In this document: one piece after another, positions 51,401 to 64,000 of the stretch
How positions within the stretch are numbered: the first letter of the stretch is position 1
Layout of the letters: each line of letters opens with the position of its first letter
Assembly: GCA_002633005.1 (NCBI GenBank)
Contig: NMRA01000227.1
Coordinates: forward strand, 179,863 to 243,862
Direction of reading: 5' to 3'
From: Phoronis australis
Taxonomy: Eukaryota; Animalia; Phoronida
Length of the DNA: 64,000 bases
Translations under genes and position numbers: made by a program
The notes under the pieces: generated by a model
What the model saw: only the letters and a program-made list of their open reading frames with translations
The model's database searches: none
Told to the model about the DNA's origin: nothing

Positions 51401-54400
51401 TGCACGTGCTCTTGTGTTGACAACAGCGACCCAATATTCACTGAGTGCAGAGAGTGATGTTGTGCGCCTTGTGTTGTTATCAGGGCTTGGAATTTTCCGC
51501 GGAAACGCGGATTTCCGCATTTTTCAAATGTTCTGTCCGCGTATTTTATTATATTTCCACGTAAAAAAAATCGGATTTGATATAAAATTTCCGCAGCAAA
51601 TTCCTTTCTTACTGCCACGTTGCCGACGACTTTCACCTCGAAAAGCGGAAGTTGCTCTTTATGTTTCGGAGGAACGTAAATTGTCAACATTGCCGGGGCT
51701 TCTGGGATTGCGTGGTGGATTTCCTCAGTGGCAGCTCGTGTGATTGTAAACCACGGTGACAAATACTACGACTCTGCAGCCAAAAATGCTTGGAGGTGGG
51801 AGTGGCGGACGAGCTAAGACAGACGCACGCTTCCGGAGGTGGTACTGTTTTTTTTTAGTCCTCTCGGCAAAAGGTCCACACCGACTCTTCAAGGCTGGCT
51901 GCGCGCATGTTTTGGGCCGTAAAAATTTCCGTGTTTTTCGCCATTGGTCATCCCAAGCCCTGTGTTATGATAACTGATCATTAAATTTGAGAACTCGAGT
52001 GAACCGCCAAAAAACTTGGTAAAAACGCATCTTCACATTGTATGGTTAGTCTTGTGTGTGTGTTCTGTAGTGTCCACTAGGGGTCTCCACATGTTTGTAG
52101 TTTTTCACACCTTTCTGTACGTTTTCACAATTGCTGAAAAAGGTTTAGCCAAGTAACGAGCATTGAAAAAGGTAAGAAGTGATTAGTAAGTTACAGTACT
52201 AAGTAAATGCCACCTAATTATTTTTGGGGGCATTCGCATTTTAATTTTATTTGACTGGGTCCAATAGACAAAATGACATCATACTAAACAATCGAATACA
52301 AGAGCGTTTATGAGAGGATCCTGAGAAGGCCATAATGGACAGAAGCCAGACAGTGTTTTGCTCAATAGAACTTACATTGCTCCCCGAGTACACTAATATT
52401 AATTTGGTGAACTTGTGTGAACTTTGAACGTGGGTAAATGTGGTACTTAGTGACTACTTCTACATTGGTCGCAGGTAAAGCTGTTGTAATTCTTACTGCT
52501 TGTAAGGAATTTGCAGGACATAGTTTGATCCCAATCTGTTGTATCTGTGTAGCTTAAATTTGTGGTGAATCGTGTTTTCCAAAAAGCTCTCTTTACACTT
52601 GATATTAGACATGGCAAACAACTTAACATGGACTGAATGTGAAGTTGTTTAGTTTTGTTTGTTTTGTTTCTGTCCTACTTATAAATCCTGGTTTCAAGTG
52701 ACACAAATATTAATGGGCTGATCTTACATTTTCAGGCTCACCTGAACCACGCACAGAACGACCTAGAGAGGTCAAATACAGAGTAGGACAGGTCATACGA
52801 CATAAAAAGTGGGGGTATAGAGGCGTCATAATTGGATGGGATTTACATGCAAGGGTAATGCACTGCACTATCAGAAATATTCTTGGAATTATAACCATAT
52901 TCCTCAATATTGTATTCATCTAAATTATAACCTTAAATGTTGTTGACTTGTGTTTGCATTCAAAAGTTGCCATGGTTGAAAAGAAGTGGAAAGGACAAAG
53001 AAGTATATAGAGCAAAGAAGTATTAGGACAAAGAAATATATAGGACAAAGAAGTATATAGGACAGAGAAGTATATAGGACAAAGAAGTATATAGGACAAA
53101 AAAGTGTATAGGACAAAGAAGTGTATAGGACAAAGAAGTATATAGGGCAAAGAAGTATGTAGGACAAGTCAGTTTCTTCTGTAATTATAAGTATGCTGTT
53201 AAGCAATTCAGCTGTTGCTGTTTGGTTGTACCTTTATACATTGTGTCTGGTGTAATGTTGACCTGTTGCTGCACCAAGTTAAGGTTGCAGTTACCCCCTG
53301 TGTATGGTCATCTGGTTGGTTGTGACTTCATGAAATATTTGTTTCATTGCTGTAGGCACCTGAACATTGGTTAGCCCAAAACCACCCAGCAGCGAAGACC
53401 AGCTGGCGTACACAACCAAACTATGCAATACTTGTAGACACCCGTGACCGCATGACTCCACAGATGACATATGTTCCTCAGGAAAACATTGAACCATTGG
53501 TCAATGTGCAGGTATGTCGAGGATAATCTTAATTCAGAGGTGTCTAGTATCCCTTTGGTCTCCAACTCTACACTCATGGTGTTATACTATTTAAATAAAA
53601 AATATTCTTCACTTGGAGCAGCATAGATGATCCAAGACACTAACCAAATGTTCAAGTGAGTTTTGGTTCTTTCATTTGATTTTGTTACTTGTGACCAGAA
53701 AACTGACTTCGCTAAAGACAGGTCTTAACTTTCAGTCGATTTTAAGATAAGACTTAAATCTGTCTCAAGATCATTTCAAAAAAGAGATCTTAAGTTTGAC
53801 TTAAGTTTTTGACTGAAGATTTGTCTTAATTTTTATTATCTTATTAGATGTAGAAGTTTCAAAGTTCGGAATTTGAGACAAATCTAAGACTTAAGTCAAA
53901 AATGAACTTAAGTCAGTTTCTTGGAACAGGCCTATTGTCTGTTGTGGTTTGAGATACTCCTTGAGGATGATGAATTGAACTTCATTGAAATGCTGGACTC
54001 ATACATATGTAAATAAAGAATGTTAACAGTTAAACAAAGCAAGTCCCCAGTGTGTCGGCACCCTCTCCTGCAACAACGTTATTTTTGGCTTTTTTGATAA
54101 AAAGAAAATTTTAAAAACATTGTTTCATTATTGGGTAAACAGTTTATTTATACCCAAAAGTTTGGATCAAAAAGATTACTTCTAAGTACATTTTTTAACT
54201 TCATCAAAGAATATTATATGAGTGAAAAGTATAATGCTCGTAAGGATTTGAATTTAGAATTTATACAAAAAAGATTGTGTAACTTTGAAACGGTTTTTCT
54301 TAGCAGTAAAGAGCATTAGTTGTGGGGTGTGTGCGCGTGCGTGTCTGTGGTGTTCTTTGTCTTTTTGTGGTATTGTAATTTTTTCTCATTGCCAATAAAT

Positions 54401-54735
54401 GTATAAAAAAAAGAAAGTTAACAAGAATTCTGCTGGGTTTTCTACTTCTTATTTGGCCCAAAACCAACATCATCAACATTTCATAGACTAATGAACTATG
54501 AACAAAAGATACAAGATCCAAGACATAACTCTGTAAGTTCATACACTATGAACAGAATAGTTTTTAAGTACTGTAGATAATACAATATGTATAACTAATT
54601 GAAGAAATAGGACAAAATTAATTTTTCGTCTTGTTGTAGGTAATTCATCCTAACATAGAGAACTACTTTGAATCCTTTGATGGGGCACAGTATCTACCTA
54701 GGCCAAGTTTGAGAAAGATTTATCCAAGAGATTAA
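48479..54735 (+). CDS. Standalone YccV/HspQ-like (hemimethylated DNA-binding-like) domain protein with hydrophobic N-terminus, 235 aa: join(48479..48597,49374..49591,52736..52854,53356..53511,54640..54735)
   Basis: GT-AG introns with phases 2,1,0,0, total 708 nt. Motifs VKYRVGQVIRHKKWGYRGVIIGWD, QPNYAILVD, TYVPQENIE and HPNIENYFESFDG..YP.D* are typical of YccV-like domains (as in the FBXO21/POLDIP2 domains). N-terminus MPDRVAVFQLGLLLLAVPLQYFIS. Confidence 0.88.
50247..50441. other. Assembly gap (195 N) between two haplotype-like copies
   Basis: N run flanked by a ~1 kb direct duplication. Confidence 1.
50572..50789 (+). other. Second copy of coding exon 2 of the YccV-domain gene (probably an allelic duplicate in the assembly)
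   Basis: 218-nt exon matching 49374..49591 except a synonymous GCT/GCC change; lies within a ~1 kb duplication (49244-50246 vs 50442-51419) that flanks an N-gap. Confidence 0.8.
51481..51962. mobile_element. Intact hAT-like MITE, 482 bp, 6-bp TSD TGTTAT, intronic
   Basis: TGTTAT|CAGGGCTTGG ... CCAAGCCCTG|TGTTAT. Confidence 0.85.
52990..53168. repeat. 17-bp minisatellite, ~10 copies, intronic
   Basis: Unit AGGACAAAGAAGTATAT. Confidence 0.92.
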
Positions 54736-56284
54736 CTTTACAGTGAAGCCACATATTGCCGCAAGGTCAAAGCACAAAATACACCCACTTCAATCTAGAC
54801 GTAATCACGTTTGTGGTGGAGAAACAAAGTAAAAACAATCCCTGAACTTGGCTGTTGAAGTAAATGTACCAAGTAGGAAGACTGGCACATCATATGAAAA
54901 ATCTTAAATGAATCGGAACTTTTTATTGATTTGTATCGGTGATGCAGAGTGAGGCTTCATATTAACCAGCCACTTGACTCATACGTCTCTAATATTGACT
55001 CATACGTCTCTAATATTGACTTTGGAGGTTTTCTAATTTCCTATTTTATTGTCCTTATGCTCATGGAAATGAAAATGGCTGTGAGATTTGTGGATGTCTA
55101 CATGCAAGTTATAAATTTGAATTGACAAAGTGCATATTAAATGTTCACTTAACTGTGTGCAATCATGAATGTTCCAATAACTGTTTACTGTTGCCGGTTA
55201 TCTATACACTGTCAATCAAGTGAACACAGGCAACAAAAACTCTGTTGTTAAATAATGTCACTTTTTGAGCTAAAAAAAACTGTATACTATCCTGTCTCAG
55301 TGTTCTAGTGTATATTGGCCTAATAATCCCAATGATAGGCTCTTTGTCTATTTTCCCACATTAGAGTACAATGTCCCAAAACCACACGCTAAAAAATCTT
55401 TAATAATTGTTAAAACTGCCCTAGTTCAATTTTGAGAGGCTTACCACATTGTTGCTAATGTTCAGATTTAACCAGTTTTGTTTGTTAATAAACACGCCAT
55501 ACATCATACATGATAAAAACAAAGTAAGCTTTCCGTTATTTTTGTTGAAAAATTCAACAGAGAGGCTCACCTGTCCGCCATATTGTGTCCTAAGCTGAAG
55601 AATCTTTGCTGCATACTGTGGAAGGAGTGAAACTTCAGACAATCCTATGAAGGATCGACTTTTGTATTTTGTTGATGAACGTAACTGTAAGGAAACTCTT
55701 GTTGTTGAAAATGAGCGATAGTAATAACGTTCAGAGCACAACCTATCCAAAACTATGTTGGTTAGCCTTAGACTGTTGCCAGTAAAGTGGGTCACTTTCT
55801 TTGCTCTTAGATTGATAAAGCTGCTGGGTTGGTCACATCTGTGCTTATGTAAGGATTGAAAATCTTTGCTTATCATTGATTTGGGTAATAAATCTTAATA
55901 GACATGTGTTTAGGACCTGTTTGGAATGCTATGTTAGAGATGCTTGTAACAGTGTTTTGTAACTAGACATGTAGGATGTGTAAGGTTAATGAGCACATGA
56001 AGCTAGAACTGTTGTCGTCTGCCACAATCAGTCAACTTCTTCAATATATTTGTTTACTGCTGGCTCTTGAAACTTTAACGTGAATAACATCATGCATTAG
56101 TGAAGAGGGATGATAGATCATGTCCATGGGGGCTATTGGGGGCTTTGTGGCAGTATTTGTGCACTGGCAGACTATGCAAAACTCTTATCTTCACAGCATT
56201 TCCAAGTTATTTCATGGGTTACAATTTACAAAGAGACTAAACTGAAATCATTCCGTAAGCATCTAAGTCTCAAGTCGTCCACCA

Positions 56285-56612
56285 GAGGATCTCCCTCAAG
56301 GTAATCTCTGGTCATGGCATGTATATCTTGATTCGCCTCAAGATGATCGCTGGTCATGACAGGATATTTCAATTCACCTCAAGATGATCGCTGGTGATGA
56401 CTGGATATCTTGATTTGCCTCAAGATTATCGCTGGTTACAGCAGGATGTCTTAATTCCTGCCAAGATGGGCGCTGGCTGTGACTGCAATATCTTGATCTA
56501 CCTAAGCTGAACATTGGTCATGGCTATAATGTTTATATTCACCTCAAGATGGTTGTTGGTCATGACCAGGATATCTAGAATCGCCTCTAGATGATTGCTG
56601 GTCATGATAGGT
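56285..56612. repeat. 41-bp degenerate minisatellite, ~7-8 copies
   Basis: Unit CTGGTCATGACAGGATATCTTGATTCGCCTCAAGATGATCG. Confidence 0.85.
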
Positions 56613-57668
56613 GTCTTGTTTTTAGTATAGTATAGAATAAACCATGTTTTTCTGCTTAATGTCATTGATGGTTGAAAGGTACCATTTAATAAATTATTTT
56701 TCTCTTAAAAAACAAGTGGTTTTGAGCTTTCAATTTTCACTGATATCTACTAATTGATGAACAGTCATTTACTCAAGTGATAACATGTAAAAGTGTATAA
56801 TTTCACAAACATTTAAAACCAGTGAAATTTAATTTTTGACAATTTTGCAAGAATGGTAAAATTTAAGAAAAAAAGATAAAGGTTCATTTATAGCAACTTG
56901 TATCCACAAAATGTCCAAATTTCTTTTCAAGTATTTGAAATGAAATCTCAAAGATACTGCTACTGTTGTTCTAAATCGTTTTCTTGAGGTTTGCATAAAA
57001 ATTAATTTTTTTGTAACACCTTATGCAAAAGTGAAACATGTCAAAAACTATCCGTTTTGAAAAGCAGCAGTTTCATTTGAATCTGATCAGCAATTTCTCA
57101 GATGTAACGTTCTCAAGTTACAAGTTATTAATGTGATGCAATTATCGAGCTAGGTCATACAACAGTTACTAATCTGATATACTTTTCAAGCAGGCTCGTT
57201 TTATTTACTTATCAGTTGACGACATTACAGACGAATACATATTCAAAAAAATGACAGGCTTGTAACGTTTCTGATGAACAAGGGAAGGGACTCATCATTT
57301 ATTTTGCACTTGATCAGCCCACAGTACATATACACAGTACATATACACAGCACATAATTATACACAATACAATACATAAGTATGCATACATGCACGTAAT
57401 ATTTTAGGCACCCATAAGTTTCGTCAGAATCCAGAAACGTGGTACACAAACTTGATCAAGTTTTCAGCACACAGGGATCACAAATTCTCATTAATCTCAA
57501 AGTGGAACAATCACTTGGGTTGGTCCAATAGGAGTAAGGCAGCAATCTTATTCTCAAATTATTTTAAAAGGGAAACACACAAATAAAGTGAAATTCATCT
57601 TCCGCAAAATTTTGACCAGAGCTATGTTTACAAAAAGAACATATTTATCAACAGTCTTCCCAGAGGAG

Positions 57669-57900
57669 ACAGTGTGGCCTGGTTGATAAGTGCCCGCTTT
57701 CCTTACTCGAGGTCGTGGGTTCATGTCCCACCAGGTCACACTGCTAAACCATTGAGCCAGGTTTCTAGCCCCTCAGCTCGGTTTTAACCATGTATTAATA
57801 AAGCATAAAAATATTTTCAGGTGATCAGTGCAATGGGCCCACAAGCGAGGCCTGCGCACGTCTGGTACAACGTGTATCAGACCGCCTGGAATTATTTTTT
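57669..57900 (+). mobile_element. tRNA-derived SINE-like element
   Basis: A-box-like TGGCCTGGTTG and B-box-like GGTTCATGTCCC; body homologous to 43470-43575 (ATGTATTAATAAA.CATAAAAAT..GTGATCAGTGCAATG..CCTGCGCACGTCT). Confidence 0.6.
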
Positions 57901-58671
57901 TTAACAGTCTTCCCACCTCGACCAACCATTTATGAACGTCGTTTTCAATGTGCAAAACGGTAATATTACTATAGCTGCAGCTAACACCCAGCAGACTTTT
58001 ACAAAATGTAATAATCTCTAGACAGTGATACTTTTTGAATTCCCACAACTGAAGTAAAAGAGGACTCCCAAAATGTAATTAATGATGAAACTATAGAATA
58101 AATTAAACACAAACTACAATATACATATACAAAACAAAGGACACAAGTTTTCAAATGAAAATATAACTTAAATTAAGGTTATGTAGAATCATATCGTATT
58201 CAACAAAATATCTATAAAACCACGGATGTTTTCTGAACATAGCCTGCAGAATTGGATTTTTGACTTTATACCAGTGTGCTATTAATTGGATCATGTGATC
58301 ATGTCTTTTTAATAAAATTTAGCAAAAAGAAAGGTACATCCATAGCAAAACATGGTATCAATAACATGATTGACCAAATTCTGTTCAATATAAATGTTCA
58401 AGATGAAATCTCTAAAATAATGTTACAGTTTTCTAAATTATTTAGTTTTTGTTTTATGCAACTATTGACTTTTTCATAAAAATCATAAAAGTCCCATTTT
58501 TGATACCCTTTCATGCGAAAGTGGAAACTTTTAAAAACAATTCCTAACAGAGCATAAAGCATAGTATCTGAAAGTTTCGTATGGATCTGATTGGCTACTT
58601 TTGAGATATGATGTTCCGAATTTTGCCCTATTTGGCCACTTATAGTTCTATGGTCGTCTCACTAGGGAATA

Positions 58672-58900
58672 TCAATGTGGCTTAGAGAGATTTGAACCTG
58701 CAAGCTATCTGACTCAAGGGTCTACCAGTGTGGCCTTGTGAGACTTGAATCTGCAAAACATCTGACTCAAGGGTCTATCAGTGTGGCCTTGTGAGACTTG
58801 AATCTGCAAGATATATGACTCCAGGGTCTACCAGTGTGGTCCAGTGGGATTGGAACCAACTAGATATCTGACTCGAGGGTCTAGGAGCGTACTCTAGTAG
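58672..58900. repeat. 53-bp tandem repeat, ~4 copies
   Basis: GTGTGGCCTTGTGAGACTTGAATCTGCAA..ATCTGACTCAAGGGTCTACCA at 58728, 58781 and 58834. Confidence 0.8.
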
Positions 58901-59405
58901 GATATCGAGCTGCAGCAATAGTACTAGACCACACTTACCAACTTCACATTAATTTTGTCAATGACAAAAACATTGTAGAAAGTGAGTTATAAAGCAACAT
59001 ACCTAACTCATGGGTCTAATAGTGTGGTCTAGTAGGATCAAAGCACACGGGAGATTTCACTCAATGGCCTAGGAATGTGGTCTAGTGCAATTTGAACCAA
59101 TCATCTACCACTAGGACATTGTCAGACTATACACAATATTTTTAAAAAAGCAAAACATTGTTCTTGCTCTGTGTGACCAGTATTTTAAATGTCATTCCCT
59201 GTTTCATTTAAGCGAATGCCTTTTCTATTAACTGAGCATACAAAATAAAAACTACACAGTGAAACAGGAAAAAAGAAGCCGTAATGCTTCACTTTTTGCT
59301 GAAAACACTTTTGTAAAGGATAATCAAGTGTTTTGGCTAAAACCGAACAACAATAAAGAGCATACAAGATCATATATTTAAGCTTCAGAAAGTTAGGAAG
59401 TAACA

Positions 59406-62400
59406 TCAATAGTTCTTTGCAAGAGATGCAGGTAATTTTTGTGCTGGAAAGTCTTCCTTTTTGACACCAGGAGGCAGTGGTAGATCGAATATGATAGGTG
59501 GGTTCTTGGGTTTGTAAGACACTGTCATTATACTTGCATTCACATATGTTGTATTGCCGTCTGTTGTCACACCATGACCTGTAAAATTGAATGAGGATCA
59601 ACTGCATTATTAGTGGTGTGGTGATTGGCACATCAAGATGGCTTGTGCCTACCTTGATCAGGGCTGTTCCAGCAAAATCTGTATGGGAGGGGGGATGGCA
59701 GTTGACATAAAAATTTATGGGTGAAAAAAATTTAAATTATGGGTGGTCCTTCTTTGAAAGAAGTATATCATTAAAAGTGGGAGGTATTTTTTTGCCCTGC
59801 AAATGTTGACAGGTGGGTATTTTCAGCCAAACACAGACCTTAATACCATCTGAAAAAAAATTCAATGTTTCCACTTAAAGAATTCACTTGACAGATACCC
59901 AAAAATACCCCCAAAACAACAAAACAAGCCCATGCTGCTACTGTACAGAGTGCAATATGTACACTATGCCATTACTCAAGTCATGGGCAACTTGATTACA
60001 GGCACATGTTGTACAGTCATATTACTATGAAAATTACTGGTATTAATACATCTAAGAAAATTAATGAATTGATGAATTTTTAAATAAAAAGTATGAGGAG
60101 TCAGATAGACAAGTTCCAGGATTCACTTGGCATAGCAGCGTTCATGAAAACATTTCGAGATTTGTAGATTCTTGAAATTGAAAAAATCTTATGATTGAAA
60201 TTACAGACATATGGTGGACAGAGACACCTGGTGACTGCCTAAAGTATTGCTCACATGTGTCTTTGAAAAGCCAGTTTCTGGTAATTGACACGAGTTGTGA
60301 TCTCAAGGTCGAATATAGTCGGCATAGTACCGTCCGTCCCTTCATCTGCTTGTCGATCGGTCCGTCTGTCATTATCATTTCTTGCAACGCAATTATCTCA
60401 AGAACTGCTTAGCGGATAATGATGAAATTTTGTATAGAGGTTATCAGCGTGGATGTATCAGGACTAGTTGATATTAGGATAGATTTGACTACCATGGTAC
60501 CCCATGATGGACGTTTTAGTAGTTTTCGACAAGCCATTCCTTGTGGGTCAATTATGCCAAATTTTAATATATATTTAGCGGTTTGGTGGATGGAGATGGC
60601 GATGTCAAAACCATACTTGAAAACTTTTAAAATGTCCAGAACAGTCAAATCTGCCCCACAATGAGAAGGCATTGTTTCCTTAATGGAAACTTGGTTGCAA
60701 AATTTCATAATAAAAAAGGCTGCTTTATGTCAAATCTGTACGAAAATGGGAACCTGTCGACTTTTTAATAAACTTATTCATTAAATTTCATAAAAATCTG
60801 CCGAGGAGTTTCAAAGATGCAGAGGACAACGAAAAAAATTGCCATTACGTGACACAGCGGTAGTCTGCTCCATCCAAAATTGTTGTTTGTTGCCACCTTT
60901 ATAAAAATATGTTTACTAAGTTTAACGATGACCCTGCAGAGACTTTGGGAGATACAGCAATAGACTAAAAAAACTGCCACTAGGAGGCAACACAGTAGTC
61001 CGAGTCGTCTGAAAATCATAGTCAGCCATTCTCTTCACAGTAGAAACATAAACGCCAATTTTCAAATCATCCTTGGAGTGGTTTGGTTGATAGAGGGGCA
61101 GACACCAGAAACAGACTCAAAAACAGTAAAAATAAGCCACTAGAAAGCACAAAATATGTTGAATCCATCCAAAAACATTGCCATTTCTTTAATAGAAAGC
61201 TATTAACCAAATTTCATAAAAATCTGTCCGATGAACTTCATAGGAACAGATGAAAATGGAAAAAAATGAAATTGTCACAAGGGGGTACAGCGTTACTCAG
61301 ATCCGTTCGAAAGTCGTCTTCGTCAATCGTCAACTTCGTATAAATGCACTTCCTAAATTTAATAAAAATCCTTCAGAAAGTTTAGAGATATAGCCATGGA
61401 AAAAAAAACAAAACTGCAAATAGCCAAAATAGCCAAAACCATATTGTCAGCTGTCCCCTTCATAGTAGGAATATATGTGCCAATTTTCACAATCATCCTT
61501 AGAGTGGTATGGTTGTTAGAAGAGTGGATGCCAAAAAAACAGTAAAAGTGACAACTAAGAGGCGCAAAATACCTCGAATCTATACTTTCCAACAAATACA
61601 GCTATGCAAATGTGCCTACAACTGCATCGCAAACAGTATGCTTCTAGGAGTATCAGTTTCACTGTTTAGATGCAATCCCAACCCACAAAAACATTTCGGC
61701 CACAATCTGAGCTGAGCTGTGCTCACAGGCGCTTAATAACTGGTGCCAGCACATGCACACCATATAACTTTGTATCAAAACTGATCATGAATCGTCAAGC
61801 AATTTTGGATAACCAATCGACAAGCAAACTTGATGTAATGCAGGCAAAAAGTGACGGATGTAGCAGTTGGTATGCATGCATTCCCTTAAGCTAACATCAC
61901 AGTGGAGGGATGATCACTTTATCGTTAGAACATTCAGATGGCTCATGAGTCCTACCTTCATGAATGTGACCAAATACGTGATACTTTGGTTTGACTCTCT
62001 TTTGAATAGTGTTGAGTAGTTCAACACACCCTGCCCTGTGACCACCACTACACAGATCACCATGTCCTAGAATGAACCAATTGATTACAATAACATCAGT
62101 GCACAACTAAAAATTTAGATAACGCTCCCTGGCACCCCAAGTTGTCACCACTTTACAACTCCAGTATTTGTGTTTGACAGTGATCCTTAACATTGCACCG
62201 CACTGGGGGTAGTGAAAGGGAGTGGGGTAAAACAGTTATGTTAAGACCCCAATGACAACTGTATGTACACCACGCCCCCTATTCAGTACCTCTGGGCCCA
62301 GGGTCTAATCATTTTACTCAAAATCAAACTCGAAATTTTTTTGGCATTTTATATTTTATTTTTGTACAAATAACTAAAGTGTCTATTCTCCTATGCTTGA

Positions 62401-63992
62401 TTAGATGACGTGCATGAAGAACTGTCAAATGCTGGTTTTCACTTGATGACCTGGGCTTTTAGTCTTAATTCAAAATTTTAAGTTTTTACTCCAAATATCG
62501 AGTTTTTAGTCAATCTTGTAGCTCAAATCTAGGGGTCATAAAGTGCAAATTTGGACTAGAAACTAATATGGCTACTGAAACCATAATGTACTAGCACAGA
62601 CTGGTAGGCACTTACCTTCAGTTTACATAGAAGTAGAATTAGAACATTTCAAACAGAATTTCGAGTTCGATTTAGAGTAAAAAGGTTAGAACCCTAAGCT
62701 CTGGGTATGCCAGTGCCCTAGGTATGCCAGTGCCGTGGGTATGCCAGTGCCCTGGGTATGCCAGTGCCCTAGATATGCCAGTGCCCTTGGTATGCTAGTG
62801 CCCTGGGTATGCCAGTGCCCTTGGTATGCCAGTGCCCTGGGTATGCCAGTGCCCTGGATATGCCAGTGCCCTGAGTATGCCAGTGCCCTGGGTATTCCAG
62901 TGCCCTGGGTATGCCAGTGCCCTGGGTATGCCAGTGCCCAATTAACACTACTTTAAGAGCCTAAGCCTATCTCACACCCTCTGTGGTGCATCGTTCAAAA
63001 ACCATAAAATACATTACTATCTGCAGTTAAGACCGAACACTGTATCACACTAATAACCATACAGTGAGCATACCACTGGTTTTTGTGATATTGGTGAGAC
63101 ACAAGACAGGATGTGACCTGCAGAGACGCACCTAGTGGGGGGCCGTGGGTGAGAAGAACATCTATTCCGTCGGGGATTTTATTCCACACCTCCAAAATGT
63201 CTTTTCCTCTGTCTTTATTGAATCCCCAGTCACCAAAGTATGGCTGCCTATCAAACAAAAGAACTTCGCTTTCTAATGCAATCATAACACATTACCTTTT
63301 TGAGAAGGAACTGCATGGTTACGTGACACAAGATCAAGAATTCTATGAATTTGAGAAAACAACAAATGAACACATGCTCACAATAATCCGTTATTATAAA
63401 GTTTAAATTACAGCACCATACTATTCACTTTTGTTAATTGCCAGCACAAAAGTCAATCTTTATAGTGGATAAACCAACATGTGAACATACTTTTATCTAT
63501 ATTATAAGCTATAGAAGAATGTAAAAATACAACATCAGCAATTTTGTAGTTTGAATTTGAAAAATCTTCACCGTTAAGCAGTGTAAAAGTACGTCATCAA
63601 ACAGGTCTCACCAACTCACCATGGTGACTCATAGATACAAACAGGCCTCACCAACTCACCATGGTGACCCATAGATACAAACAGGCCTCACCATGTCACC
63701 ATGGTGACCTGTACATATAAACAAGCCTCACCAACTCACCACGGTGACCCATAGATACGGAAACCAAAGGCTGAGGACTCTTGGTCTTCTAAGTATTCAC
63801 AGTTGTAAAGCAACTCTTTGGGATGCTTAATCTTGTGATGGTCCATAAAACTGTGAAACTGATCAAGATTTAGGCCAAACCGGTATTGCAGGTCCATTCC
63901 TCTTTCACCAAACAAGCCTCCATTGGGTCCAGTCTCCATGGTGAGATCATGGTTACCAGCTATGACAAACTTGTACTTGTGAGTAAGGGAAG
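59406..63992 (-). CDS. MPPED1: Metallophosphoesterase MPPED1/MPPED2-like, 3' partial: complement(join(59406..59578,61956..62066,63132..63247,63740..63992))
   Basis: Calcineurin-like phosphoesterase motifs VIAGNHD, IYGSPWQP, DVLLTHGPP, HVFGHIHEG and TTYVNAS..NPPIIFDLP. GT-AG junctions are frame-consistent. The 5' exons lie outside the window. MPPED1 vs MPPED2 orthology cannot be resolved. Confidence 0.9.
59661..60290. mobile_element. Inverted, truncated copy of the Harbinger-type MITE in the MPPED intron
   Basis: Same GGGCTGTTCCAGCAAAATCTGTATGGGA terminus; 60090-60260 is reverse-complement homologous to 44305-44515. Confidence 0.75.
62700..62940. repeat. 17-bp minisatellite, ~14 copies, intronic
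   Basis: Unit GGGTATGCCAGTGCCCT. Confidence 0.95.
63598..63758. repeat. 40-bp tandem repeat x4 spanning the MPPED exon/intron boundary
   Basis: ACAGGCCTCACCAACTCACCATGGTGACCCATAGATACAA. Confidence 0.9.
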
Positions 63993-64000
63993 CTACAAGA

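Noticed and set aside
49244-51419. Tandem exon duplication or mutually exclusive exon in the YccV gene
   Set aside because: The two ~1 kb copies abut an N-gap and differ like alleles; the 218-nt exons encode the same peptide. Most likely uncollapsed haplotypes.
57669-57745. Functional tRNA gene
   Set aside because: No canonical cloverleaf, and it is attached to a repeated body; treated as a SINE.

Overview
Eukaryotic (invertebrate-like), AT-rich, repeat-dense draft scaffold with two N-gaps and five single-N joins. Three spliced genes were reconstructed by hand with frame-consistent GT-AG introns: (1) a + strand 719-aa tandem BTB-BTB-BACK-divergent kelch protein (13195-20163); (2) a + strand 235-aa protein with a hydrophobic N-terminus and a standalone YccV/HspQ-like domain (48479-54735); (3) the 3' part of a - strand MPPED1/2-like metallophosphoesterase (59406-63992, continuing beyond the window). 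Mobile DNA includes a near-complete Ty3/gypsy element with 320-bp LTRs, a Kolobok-like THAP derivative, pogo/mariner-, Harbinger- and hAT-like MITEs, L2- and RTE-like LINE fragments, hAT and CXC-bearing transposase relics, tRNA-derived SINEs and many minisatellites. The most anomalous signal is a 39-bp tract where the two otherwise ~98% identical LTRs are exact base-by-base complements without reversal (37444-37482 vs 42764-42802). No standard mutational mechanism produces this, so an artefact must be excluded first. All family assignments come from motif recognition only; no database searches were run.
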